Below, piece after piece: positions 39,245 to 52,248 of a stretch of 64,000 nt of DNA (the stretch's first letter is position 1; each line of letters starts with the position of its first letter). Under the pieces are notes generated by a model, which did no database searches, was not told the origin of the DNA, and saw nothing but the letters and a program-made list of their open reading frames with translations. Source of the DNA: Octopus bimaculoides (lineage: Eukaryota); assembly GCF_001194135.2 (NCBI RefSeq), contig NC_069006.1:7959007-8023006 (forward strand). Direction: 5' to 3'. Position numbers and translations under genes: made by a program.

Positions 39245-39510
39245 GAGTTGAGCATAAAGGTTATCCCTATTGTCATCAGAGCATCAATCTGAAAAAACAT
39301 CTGGAAACCTTAGAAATACCCTACAATCTAGATGTATTGCAAAAGTTGGCATTACTTGGAACTGCACCAATATTGCATAAAGTACTGTGTCTGAGGGCCT
39401 TGTTGTGACTTGACAAACAGTACAAACCCCTGGTAGACACAATATCTTCAATCAACAACCTTACGCTATTATATACTGTGAGATGTCTATAGTAATAATA
39501 ATAATAATAA
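39245..39510 (+). mobile_element. R4/Dong-type 3' fragment with (TAA)n tail
   Basis: Translates to VIPIVI.A...LKKHLETLEIPYNLDVLQKLALLGTAPILHKVL, followed by a UTR and TAA repeats. Confidence 0.65.
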
Positions 39511-40979
39511 TCATTTAATGTCTGTTTTCCATGTTGGCATGGGTTGGATGGCATGACTGGAAATTGGCAAGCCAGGAGGCTGCACCAGGCTCCAATCTGA
39601 TCTGGCAATGTTTCTACGACTGGATGCCCTTCCTAATGCCAACCACTCCGAGAGTGTAGGGGGTGCTTTTTAAGTGCCACTGGCACGGGAGCCAGCCAGG
39701 CAGTACTGGCGTCAGCCATGTTTGGATGGTGTTTTTTAGGTGCCATTGGCATGGGAGCCAGTCAGGGCGGGGGATTGGGCTGGTATGGGAAGCCAGTCAG
39801 GTGGCACTGGCAACGACCCACACATGAATGCTGCTTATTGCATGCCACCAGCATGGGAGTCAGTCAGTCAGTCAGCCACAACTACAATTTCCATTTGATT
39901 GTGATTTGAGTAATAATAATAATCCTTTCTATTATAGGCACAAGGCCTGAAATTTTAGGGGAAGGGAGTTTGTCAATTATTTCAACTCCAGTATTTGATT
40001 GGTATTTATTTTATTGACCCCCACCCCACAAAAGGATGAAAGGCAAATTCAGCCCTGGTGAGATTTGAACCCAGAACATTTAAGTTGGAAGAAATGTTGC
40101 ATTTTGTCCCGTCTGGCATGTGAAAAAACATTCGAGTGAGGTCATTGCCACTGCCACTGGACTGGCTCCTGTGCAGGTGGCATGTAAAAAACACCACATG
40201 AGTGTGGCCGTTGCCAGTACCGCCTAACTGGCCCTCATGCCGGTAGCATGTAAAAGCACCCACTACACTCTCGGAGTGGTTGGCATTAGGAAGGGCATCC
40301 AGCTGTAGGAACATTGCCAGATCAGACTGGAGCCTGGTGTAGCCATCTGGTTCGCCAGTCCTCAGTCAAATCGTCCAACCCATGATAGCATAGAAAGCAG
40401 ACGTTAAACAATGATGATGGTGATGATGTTAATGATTCTAACAGCCTGCACCAAACTTCACTGTCTCCTTCAGCAAGGTTTTTATGGCATGATTCCCTTC
40501 CTAATGTCAACCACTTTATGAAGTGGACTGGGTGCTTTTTACCTGGTACTCGGCACCAGCGAGGTCTGATTAGTTCTAATAACTGACTTTTGGGGTTTAA
40601 GACCCAAAAGAAATGACCTCAAATTCCAAAATAATTGGAAATTTTCCTAAGTAAAGAAATCTTGATGCTTAGCAAGCAAAGCAACAAACTCCTGTCTGAT
40701 TGATTTATAAACATAAATGATTTGCTACAAAAATATACTGACATATATTAAACATTATGATTGAGACATGACAGCTGTATACCCCACCCCCTGAACTTGT
40801 CCCTCTACACCTCTAATCTCTTGTCAATTAGCACAGTCATCACCACCCTCACTACTACCACTACTCCTCCTCCCCCCTGCTGAAAGAGGGGTTTTTGTCC
40901 TGCAATTTACTTGGTGACTGTCAGTGTTGGTGTCACGTAAAAACACTGTTGCTGGCATAATGTAAAAGTCACCGTTGCT

Positions 40980-41815
40980 GGTTCAACCCCGAAAGGATGA
41001 AAAGTGAAAGATGACTTTAATGGAATTTGAACTCAGAATGTTTTTACAGACAAAATACCGCTAAGCATTTCGCCTGGCATGCTAACAGTTCTGCCAGCTC
41101 GTCACCTTAATAATAATAATAATATCAATAATAATGATTCAACTTTTGGCACAAGGCCAGCAAGTTTGGGGCAGTGAGTGAGTCAATTACATCAACCTCA
41201 GTGTGTAACTGGTACTTGTTTTATCGACCCCAGAAGGATAAAAGGCAAAGTCAACCACAGTGGATTTTGAACTCAGAACAAAGATGGGCAAAATGCTCAG
41301 CAGCATTTTGCCCGGCATGCTAACGATTCTGCCAGCTCACCACCATACTACTGCTACTACTAATAATAATAATAATGGTGATTTCAAATTTTTGCCATTA
41401 GGCAGCCTAAGGGGAGGAAGTTACATTGACCCCAGTGCGTGACTGGTACTTATTTAATCGACCCTGAAAGGATGAAAGGCAAAGTCGACCTTGGTGGAAT
41501 TTGAACTCAGAATGTAGCGGCAGACAAAATACCACTAAGCATTTTGCCCAGTGTGCTAATGATTCTGCCAGCTTGCTGCCTTACTACTACTACTACTACT
41601 ACTAAATAATAATCCTTTCTACTATAGGTACAAGGCCCGAAATTTCGGGGGATTACATCGACCCCAGTACTCAACTGGTATTTAATTTATCGACCCCAAA
41701 AGGATGAAAGACAAAAATCAACCCTGTCAGAATTTGAACTCAGAACAAAGAGAGACAAAATGTTGCTAAGCATTTTCCCCACTGTGCTAACAATTTTGCC
41801 AGCTCACCACCCTAC
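40980..41815 (-). mobile_element. Cluster of four family-C SINEs in the same orientation, separated by (TAA)/(TAC) repeats
   Basis: Repeated TTTGAACTCAGAA...GCTAAGCATTT...CTGCCAGCT at ~41030, 41270, 41500, 41735. Confidence 0.8.
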
Positions 41816-41834
41816 TACTACTACTAATAACAAC

Positions 41835-41876
<42 letters not shown>

Positions 41877-43569
41877 TATTCTTTTACTTGTTTCAGTCAT
41901 TTGACTGTGGCCATGCTGGAGCACCGCCTTTAGTCAAGCAAATCAACCCCAGGATTTATTCTTTGTAAGCCTAGTACTTATTCTATCGGTCTCTATTGCC
42001 AAACTGCTAAGTGACGGGGANNNNNNNNNNNNNNNNNNNNNNNNNNNNNNNNNNNNNNNNNNNNNNNNNNNNNNNNNNNNNNNNNNNNNNNNNNNNNNNN
42101 NNNNNNNNNNNNNNNNNNNNNNNNNNNNNNNNNNNNNNNNNNNNNNNNNNNNNNNNNNNNNNNNNNNNNNNNNNNNNNNNNNNNNNNNNNNNNNNNNNNN
42201 NNNNNNNNNNNNNNNNNNNNNNNNNNNNNNNNNNNNNNNNNNNNNNNNNNNNNNNNNNNNNNNNNNNNNNNNNNNNNNNNNNNNNNNNNNNNNNNNNNNN
42301 NNNNNNNNNNNNNNNNNAGGTGTACCTGTAATTCAGAAGGGCCAGCCACATCACATTCTGTATCATGCAGAATCTCCCTGAGAACTACATTAAATGTATG
42401 CATATCTGTGGAGTACTCAGCCACTTGTATGTTAATAAGCTGGCTGTTCTGTTGAACAAATTCAACTGGAATATACTTGTCGTTGTAACCGATGAAGTGC
42501 CAGTCTATTGAAGGCATGTGGTTTAGTGGTTNNNNNNNNNNATAATAATAATAATAATAATAATAATTCTTTAAGGTAGCGAGCTGGCAGAAACCTTAGC
42601 ACTCCGGGCGAAGTGCTTAGCAGCATTTCGTCTGTTGTTATGTTCTGAGTTCAAATTCCACCGAGGTCGACTAAATAAGTACCAGTTATGCACTGGGGTC
42701 GATGTAATCGACTTAATCCCTTTGTCTGTCCTTGTTTGTCCCCTCCATATTTAGCCCCCTGTGGGCAATAAAGACATAAATAATAATAGTCATTGAAGGG
42801 GCTTTGTTTCATGCTGCTCCAGTCCACTCAGCTGCCAAAAATGAGGTGTACCTGTAATTCAGAAGGGCCAGCCACATCACATTCTGTATCATGCAGAATC
42901 TCCCTGAGAACTACATTAAATGTATGCATATCTGTGGAGTACTCAGCCACTTGTATGTTAATAAGCTGGCTGTTCTGTTGAACAAATTCAACTGGAATAT
43001 ACTTGTCGTTGTAACCGATGAAGTGCCAGTCTATTGAAGGCATGTGGTTTAGTGGTTAGAAGGCTTGGCTCACAAATGTAAGTCTGTAAGTTCAATTCCC
43101 AGCAGGGTGTTGTGTCCTTGGTCAAGACACTTTATTTCATGTTGCTCTAGTCCACTCAGTGAGCAAAAATAAGTAGTACCAGTAATTCAAAGGGGCCAGC
43201 CTTGTCACACCGAATCTCCCCGAGGACTATGTTAAGGGCACGTGTGTCTGTGGAGTGCTCAGCCACTTGTGTGTTATTTTCACAAACAAGCTGTTTTGTT
43301 GATCGGATCAACTAGAACCTCATTGTCATTACCGAAGGAGTGCCAGTCACACTGAATCTCCTTGAGAACTACATTAAGGGTATACATGTATCTGTGGAGC
43401 GCTCAGCCACTTGCATGTTAATCTCACGAGCAGGCTGTTCTGTTGATCACATCAACTGGAGCTCTCACTGTCGTATCCAACAGTTTATATGCATGTATAT
43501 GTATATGCATACATAGCCAAGATGGGCTTCTTTCAGTTTCCACCTACAAAATCCTCTCACAAAGCTTCG

Positions 43570-44050
43570 TAAATGCGATCATTCACAAGGTCATCAAGAG
43601 ACGAATGGTCCAATTAAATCCTTTTGATGATAATCCACACCATACTGTAATTCTTGGTAAATTAACATGATGTTCCTCCATAATATGCATACCCTTAGGT
43701 CCCCATTGGGGTGGTTGAACCATTTGATTAAACTGTAACGTCATCACCTCAAATAATCTTTGTCAGAAAGTGTGCATTTTCTGAACATCTTGCCAAACTC
43801 CACTCTTTGATCTGGATTATCTTCTTTAAGAGGTTGGATTATTCTTGGAATACGACTTTTCCAATGACAGAACTTCAAAATGCAAACTGATGCACGCCTT
43901 TGAAATTCCTATCTCGTGGCATTCTTGAAGAATACAGATTTTCTTAAACTCTGGCAGTATGCTTCTAGTGCCCTTTTTTTGCTTTGTGGGGCTCTTCCAT
44001 ATCCATGGTCTTACAGAATATTTCTTGTAGACATCCTAAACAGTTCTATC
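43570..44050 (-). mobile_element. Heavily decayed Tc1/mariner-superfamily transposase fragment
   Basis: Minus-strand frames give [67 protein letters not shown]. The 5' end is interrupted by a GGAGTC-repeat hAT-like MITE (~44050-44296). Confidence 0.6.
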
Positions 44051-44964
44051 TTCTTCAAACCAGTGGAGTTGGAGTCAGTAAAACTATACCGACTCTTGAC
44101 TCTGACTCACAATGTCTTTATTCTTTAATAGAATCCAGTTATAACATATAGGCCGACTCAAAGTACAAGCATATGCTATATGAGATATGTAGACCACAAT
44201 CACTTAATTACATAAAGAGGAGTCATAGTCGGAGTCAGAGGTGCCAATAGTATAGGAGTCAGAGTCGATGCTTTTTGTTTTGACTCCACAGTCCTGCTTT
44301 AAACTCATCTCTAATTTGGATGATACTGAGTCATGTAGGTGGATCTGTTTAAAACTCCCTCCTAAACCCTCTTCTTTGCATTTTTAAACTTCCAGTAGCA
44401 CTTTAGGACACATTTCTCTTGCACAAGACTTAGTCTGGCTCCCTTCATTATTTTTAACGAGTTAAATCTAAAGAAGAAGAAAAAAAAAATGAAAATTGAG
44501 TTCTCAGATGTTGAAGTGCATATGTTCTTTTGGGACCCCTTTTTTTACTCTTTTACTTGTTTCAGTCATTTGACTGTGGTCATGCTGGAGCACCACCTTT
44601 AGTCGAGCAAATCAACCCCAGGACTTATTCTTTGTAAGCCTAGTACTTATTCCATCAGTCTCTCTTGCCGAACCATTAAGTTATGGGACGTAAACACACC
44701 AGCATCAGTTGTCAAGCGATGTTGGGGAGACAAACACAGACACATACATATATACACACACACACATACATACATATATGACAGGCTTCTTTCAGTTTCC
44801 GTCTACCAAATCCATTCACAAGGCTTTGGTTGGCCCGAAGCTATAGTAGAAGACACTTGCCCAAGGTGCCATGCAGTGGGACTGAACCCGGAACCATGTG
44901 GTTGGTAAACAAGCTACTTACCACACAGCCACTCCTACGCATCTGTATACATATACATATATAT

Positions 44965-45380
44965 ATGAGTAACAAAGATGTGTAGGTGTCAATTCATTAC
45001 GGCCGTTTCAAGAGACTCCTTTAATTGATTGATGAAAACCTTACATCAATTTAAAGAAACCGTTCTCGTCAGAGACTTCAAACATAAAGGATACAGTCAT
45101 TTCCTTAACATATTCACATCAATAATGAAAATATCATGAGTTCCATTATCAATGTGAATCCATTCTGCCACAGATATATCATAAGAAACAATGTACATAT
45201 TATGAGTTCCATTATTAATGTGAATAAGTTAAGGAAATGGCTGTCCTTTATGTCTGAAGTCTATGCGGTCATCCGACGAGAACGGTTTCTTTCAAGTGAT
45301 TTATTGTTTTCATTAATCAATTAAAGGAGTTGATTGAAACGGCCGAAATGAATTGACACCTGTACATCTTTGTTACTCAT
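44965..45380. mobile_element. Foldback element/MITE with ~150-bp imperfect TIRs
   Basis: ATGAGTAACAAAGATGT...GGTGTCAATTCAT..CGGCCGTTTCAA at the left is mirrored at 45225-45380. Confidence 0.75.
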
Positions 45381-45554
45381 TCATATTCTATTCACCCAAC
45401 TTGGAATCTGCACTTCATAAATACTATAGAAGGTACCATTACAAAAGGTACATGTCTGAATTACCAAGTGTGGATATCTTCACTTGGCTGGGTTGTGTTG
45501 TCTGCACACATGGCAGAAATATCAAGTACAAACACTCCTACACGGAGTCTTGAC

Positions 45555-46810
45555 ATTCATCATCATCGTTTAACGTCCGCTTTCCATGCTAGCATGGGTT
45601 GGACGATTTGACTGAGGACTGGTGAACCAGATGGCTACACCAGGCTCCAATCTGATTTGGTAGAGTTTCTACAGCTGGATGCCCTTCCTAATGCCAACCA
45701 CTCCGAGAGTGTAGTGGGTGCTTTTACATGCCACCGGCACGAAGGCCAGTCAGGTGGTACTGGCAACGGCCACGCTCAAAATGGTGTATTTTACGTGCCA
45801 CCTGCACAAGAGCCAGTCCAGGGGCACTGGCAACGATCTCACTCGAAAGTCTTTACACGTGCCATGGGCACAAGTGCCAGAAAGGTGACGCTGGGCACAG
45901 GTGCCATCACGATTTCGCTTTCACTTGCCCCAACAGGTCTTCGCAAGCCGAGTTTTGTGTCCATTTAGTTCGATTTCGATTTCACTTGCCTCAACAGGTC
46001 TTCGCAAGTGGAGTTTAGTGTCCAATGAAGGAAAGGTACACNNNNNNNNNNNNNNNNNNNNNNNNNNNNNNNNNNNNNNNNNNNNNNNNNNNNNNNNNNN
46101 NNNNNNNNNNNNNNNNNNNNNNNNNNNNNNNNNNNNNNNNNNNNNNNNNNNNNNNNNNNNNNNNNNNNNNNNNNNNNNNNNNNNNNNNNNNNNNNNNNNN
46201 NNNNNNNNNNNNNNNNNNNNNNNNNNNNNNNNNNNNNNNNNNNNNNNNNNNNNNNNNNNNNNNNNNNNNNNNNNNNNNNNNNNNNNNNNNNNNNNNNNNN
46301 NNNNNNNNNNNNNCCCTCAACTGCTAAGGCATGGCACGTTTTCACACAGCTATCCTATCCATTCTCACTACATGACCATACCAGCGCAATCGTCTCTCTT
46401 GCACACCACAACTGATGCTTCGTAAGTTCAACTTTTCTCTCAAGGTACTAATACTCTGTCTAGTATGCACACTGACATTACACATCCATTGGAGCATACT
46501 GGCTTCATTCCTTGCGAGCCTACGCATGTCCTCAGCAGTCACAGCCCATGTTTCACTGCCATGTAGCATGGCTGTTCGTACACATGCGTCATACAGTCTG
46601 CTTTTTACTCTGAGAGACCCTTTGTCACCAGCAGAGGTAGGAGCTCTCTGAACTTTGCCCTGGCTATTCTTATTCTTGCAGCTACACTTTCAGCGCACCC
46701 TCCCCCACTACTAACTTGGTCACCTAGATATCGGAAGCTATCAACTATGTCTAGTTTTTCTCCCTGGAATGTGGCAGAAGTTGTTTTCTGCACATTTACA
46801 GTGTTTATAG
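45555..46810 (-). mobile_element. RTE-clade LINE 3' portion: RT C-terminal fragment + 3' UTR + (GAT)n tail
   Basis: 46314-46810 encodes LDIVDSFRYLGDQVSSGGGC...RIRIARAKFRELLPLL / MLHGSETWAV...RRLRWYGHVVRM. Across the gap it continues into the abundant UTR ending GGAAAGCGGACGTTAAACGATGATGATG. Confidence 0.85.
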
Positions 46811-48926
46811 CTCCTGATATATATAGATAGACAGATACACACACATAAATATACATGACAGGCTTCTTTTTAGTTTCCTGTTACCAGATCCACTCACAAG
46901 CTAACTTCTTACAGCACAGCCACATATGTGCATATATATTGATCATCATCATTATCATGTAACGTCCGTATTCCACGCTGGCATGGGTTTGGAGGGTTTA
47001 ACAGCTCACGAGGCAGAAGACTGCACCAGGCTTCACCGTCTGTTTTGGCAGGGTTTTTTACAGCTGGATGCCTCTCCAAACACTAACCACCTTACGGAGT
47101 GGGCCGAGTGGTTTCTACGTGGCACGAACACAACACACATTAAATTCCTGATGAGTTAACAGTGTACTATAGAACATATCTATAGATTTATTAATCAACA
47201 GTATTGTATGAACAACTTAATACAAGATGCGTGGGCATTAACATGGGAAACAGCTGTATCCATTTTTCGACTTGTTCTGGAGTCTTCGTCAGCAGCTGTG
47301 TACTATCTTTAACTATCCAGAAACACAATGCTTATAAACCTACAAAGAAACAGGATCCCTAAATGTTCATATGTAACATTTTCGTGACAGCGAAATCGAT
47401 CATTAATTGTTTCGTTTCGTTGCTGTAAAGCACAATCATATATATATATATATAGAGAGAGAGAGAGGGGGGAACAGGATGGTAAACTGTATTGTGGAAT
47501 ATTCAGTTAAATTTGATTAAACCATATTTTTTTCATCGCCAGTAATTACCGCAATAAAAAGACCACTAAAACTCTCAATGCCGAAACTGTCAGTCACCGA
47601 GTCACACCTATTATGTATGAACATATTTTAGTGTAACGTGAAGAAGTTTAGAAGTTTAAGAGTGGACCAGACAAGTCTGTCGAGCGTCGATAAAAGTTCC
47701 AGCTGCGAATAAATAAATAAATAAAGGGATTATGATAATGTAAATTATTGAGAATCCAAACGCGTATTCCAAACGCTTTTGTCCTGTTTTTGAACTCATC
47801 ATAAAAGGAAATATAAATAGATAAATAAACCGAAACATACAGAATCAGATAGAATAGAGTCGCGTTTTTCAATACAGGTTTAAAAATAAAAGCTGTTCTC
47901 GGAAAGGAAGTAAATTTAAAAACACTTCACCCTAGAAACACAAATCCATCAAAGGAAAAGGACGATGTTATGAAAACGATAAAGACTTGACTTGCTAGTT
48001 TTAAATAAAGATTTGTCACTATTTGATTTTCACTTAACCAACCATAGCCTCCAACGTTCCAGTAGTAATAATGATAATGATTTCAATAATAATAATAACA
48101 TTGTTAAAAGAAACTTTTTTTAATAGTGTTTAGTGTGGTATGTGCTGTAAGGCAAAGTGTTTTTGTTCTGTTTAGTTTTCTAATTATTTGTTGTTTCCAA
48201 ACAACAAAATAAAAAATGGTTACAGATATGTCACCGGAACTCGAATAGAATTAGTTGCCTATTTTTTTTTTTTTTTTNNNNNNNNNNNNNNNNNNNNNNN
48301 NNNNNNNNNNNNNNNNNNNNNNNNNNNNNNNNNNNNNNNNNNNNNNNNNNNNNNNNNNNNNNNNNNNNNNNNNNNNNNNNNNNNNNNNNNNNNNNNNNNN
48401 NNNNNNNNNNNNNNNNNNNNNNNNNNNNNNNNNNNNNNNNNNNNNNNNNNNNNNNNNNNNNNNNNNNNNNNNNNNNNNNNNNNNNNNNNNNNNNNNNNNN
48501 NNNNNNNNNNNNNNNNNNNNNNNNNNNNNNNNNNNNNNNNNNNNNNNNNNNNNNNNNNNNNNNNNNNNNNNNNNNATATATATGAAATACACATTGGCAC
48601 TTATTTGACTTTTCGGCCATCAATAAGTTGGAAAACATCGTACGGCCGCGTCACTCGGGCATAGCTCTCCAAATCCTAATTCGAGGTCATCTCTGTCCCC
48701 ACCAAATGGGAGATGCCGACTCACTCCATTTCTTCCGATGGAGATTTGCGTTGGTCCCTAAACGCCATTGTCCAGAAAATCACGATTTGCCGAGACTCCT
48801 AAATGACAGGTGGTGGAGAAAGATATAAGCGGTGTATGTGCCCAAGCATGGCCACAACCTATAGGCTAATACACGTAAAACACACACACACATATATATA
48901 TTGTTGAGTATATATACTGATATGGC

Positions 48927-48957
<31 letters not shown>

Positions 48958-48980
48958 CACACACATATATACATATATAT

Positions 48981-49019
<39 letters not shown>

Positions 49020-49236
49020 GAAGACAAGCAAATTCACATATAAGTACGGTTTAACACTCAACCCACACATTATATAGATACACACACGAGTGTGTATATA
49101 TATATATATATGTATGTATATACATATATACACACACGTGTGTGTGTGTATATATATATATATACAGGTAATATATACATATTATATGTTCCGAATCTAC
49201 ACACATATGTGTATTTATATATATCTTAAATCTTAC

Positions 49237-49310
49237 TTGAAATCTTTGGTTTTGGAGAATAAATCGCGTACAAAGTCTTCCATACGTTGTCTTTCCTCAT
49301 CCACCTCCAT
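49237..49310 (-). CDS. HIRIP3: HIRIP3-like histone chaperone, coding exon 1 (MEVDEERQRMEDFVRDLFSKTKDF)
   Basis: ATG at 49310; donor AA|GTAAGA at 49236, phase 2, matching the phase-2 acceptor of the exon at 22533. The peptide resembles the HIRIP3 N-terminus (human MAREKEMQEFTRSFFRGRPDLS, recalled). Confidence 0.8.
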
Positions 49311-49319
49311 ATTTTCTCC

Positions 49320-49998
49320 TCCACATGCTACAACAACAATAACAATCACAAGAACCACAACATTACAAACTTAACACGCCTTCGTTGCACAGGAGAGTTC
49401 CATAAGGGCCATAAAAGTTCCAAGGGAGATCACTCTAACGCGCTGGTTCTACTCCCACTCTCTCTGTTTCTTCACCTCCTCCTTCTCTCTGACACCGCTT
49501 TTCTTTATGAATTAACTTTGTATTATATTTAAATAAACTAATTTAATTCTAAGAGCTAAGCCTACATCATATACACACACATATATATATACTTATATAT
49601 ATAAGTATATATATATATGTATAGTGTCGGAACTTTTTTAATTATTATATATGCTTGTAAGATAGTTTTAACAAAGCCAGGCTAAACACATGAACTGAGC
49701 CAAAGAAAAAAACAAAAGAACCCTCTTTCACAAAACTGACCCCCGCCACCACCATCGATTGTCTCTGGCCTCCACCGTCAGTCCCTTAACTCTGGCCAGA
49801 GGGGCAGAGAAGGGAGAGAGGAAGAGAGATGACCAGCAACGAAGGAAGAGATAGAAACTTTAGGAATTATTTGTGATGTTTCTTATTTTCCCACACAGCG
49901 GAATAAGGTTTGTTTTCGAAGATGTTTATAAAATACAAATGAATTTGTTATTGTTTTTCTTTTCCAAATATTTACTGTATCGTGTAGACATCGCGCAC

Positions 49999-50042
<44 letters not shown>

Positions 50043-50350
50043 ATTTGATATGAGACTGTGTTGAAAGTCAAGCAATTACAGCGCGGAAGACACGTAAGAT
50101 ATTTAAAAAGCATCGTGCTAAAAAGGAACTTCATTTAAACGTTTATTATTAAGTGAAGTTAACAGTCTTGGAGTGTGGTTTTTAAATATCAAATCTGTGT
50201 CTTCCACGCTATAATTGTGCGTGTGTGTTGTGAATGGATTAGTTGTCCATGAGTCAGAAAAAAAAAAGAGCTTCCGAGGAATCGTCGCTGTTGCCAAGTG
50301 CAATAGTTGGCGCGGAACTATCGGTAACATTCTAACCCGGTATATGACTT
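49320..50350. promoter_or_regulatory. Inferred bidirectional promoter / 5' UTR region between the HIRIP3-like (-) and SLX4IP-like (+) genes
   Basis: The genes diverge from this interval and CpG dinucleotides are visibly more frequent here than in the introns. Plus-strand donor-like sites at ~50093 (AC|GTAAGA) and ~50340 (CCG|GTATAT). The TSS cannot be located from sequence. Confidence 0.4.
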
Positions 50351-50371
50351 AACCAAGAATATACTGCTCGA

Positions 50372-50408
<37 letters not shown>

Positions 50409-51150
50409 GTGAAAAGGCTGAATTATATTTGATCCTTTAATTTGGAGGGTTCCAAAATTTGTGTGTGTATATGTTTTGCATGATTGTATGAAACTCGCAA
50501 AAATTTTCTGAGAATTTTTCCAAGAAGAATGTTATGAAGGAATTCTATGGGATGCTTGAACCAGAATTCCACCTGTATGTCTATGTAATATACTTAGCTT
50601 TGTGATTATTTCGGTTCACGCCTACAAAACTACAGAAGTATGAATTTCCCATTGCTCATTCTCTCTTCATATAAATTCATAATTTCCTGTGCAAAGAAAT
50701 CAATTATATTCTTCTACATTACAAGACCTACGCCTTCTCTCTCTCTCTTCTCTCCATTCTGTCTAATGACACGTTTCTTTGTGTCAGATAACATTTCTTG
50801 GATTAGATTCGTCTTGCGCCTTAACCAGACGTTGGGGGAAAGAAAAACTTCCTTAAGGTACAATGAAATCGTACGCGTATACCATAACCACGTATGAAAA
50901 TTGTCTGCTATTTAATATTTTAATCTGTTTACTTGAACTTATTTCGTTGTACATAGCAAGTTTTATGTAATATTGAGCAAGATAAAAGGACTCGATTGTT
51001 CCCGAAACTAAATTTGTAATGTTTGCAAAACATACATAAAAATGTATGTATGTGCATGCACATATATATATGTATGTATGTTTGTGCATACACACACACA
51101 TATGTATGTATGTGCATACACACACATATACATATGTATGCATGCACGTA

Positions 51151-51213
<63 letters not shown>

Positions 51214-52127
51214 CTACAAATGTGCTCACGACTTTGTTTCCTCATAACTTTCAGAAAAATGGATAAGTTTTCAATGAAATATTACAAATATATTCGACAT
51301 TGGTATATATTCTGATTATATTGGAATTTTATGTGGGAAAATAATTGGCGGGTTCGCACATACCTACACTGACATATTTTATTCAGTGAAAATTGCGATG
51401 TGTGCCAATATGCATGCGTGGATTTTTACTTTCTTTTGTTATTAAATTCTAAAATAATCGTAATTTACACAGTCCGAAAGATATTTGTTGACAAATTCAG
51501 TAAAAGTTACCGTTTTTCTGAACGTTATGAGGAAGCAAATTCGCAGGGACATACTTATGTAGACCAGTCTATAAATAAATATATATATAGACAGACATTG
51601 GAATTTCCTATTTAAGAACTTGTATATTAATCGCGATTTGACCGGCTTTAAATTTTGTAACGAAACCTTGAAGGGTTAATATCCTATTGATTCATTTAAT
51701 TTAACATTTCCGAAAATCTGATTTTGATAGAAAGGCAGGGTTATTAAAATGTCTATATAAACAATATCCTCTCGATTACAGAACGGAAAGGACCACTTAA
51801 GAAACAACATACTACATTTCATACATTTTACAAATAAATACCCATTTTATGTGACTGATTTACTAATATTAATTAAACCAAGTTAATTATCGTTTTCTTA
51901 GATATTTTATAAACATGAAAGTAACACACCGTAGAATTTTTTTGTAGACATTTGAATATCATACATATGTAGAGCAAATGATACTTTATTAGCAAACAAG
52001 GGAGCGTATAATTTCGATGACTAATTAAAATGACTTAATTACCATTTTATACGACAGTTTATAAACAATAAAATAGCATACTTTAGATTTAATAAAAAAA
52101 AAGATTCCGGGATTCCAGTTGTAATTT

Positions 52128-52248
52128 CCAGGGCCGGCCCCAGGGTTGCTGGCGACCTGGGTAAGCTGAACTACTGCATGTACAAGCTGACGGTTGTGGA
52201 AATTTCCGTGTCTTAGGCACCCCCTAGCACATGACGCCCCGGCCCTGG
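52128..52248. mobile_element. GC-rich hAT-type mini-MITE
   Basis: TIR CCAGGGCCGG ... CCGGCCCTGG. Confidence 0.55.

Noticed and set aside
42320-43055. Exact ~210-bp duplication (42320-42530 and 42845-43055)
   Set aside because: The first copy is an isolated fragment between two gaps; most likely redundant contig placement.
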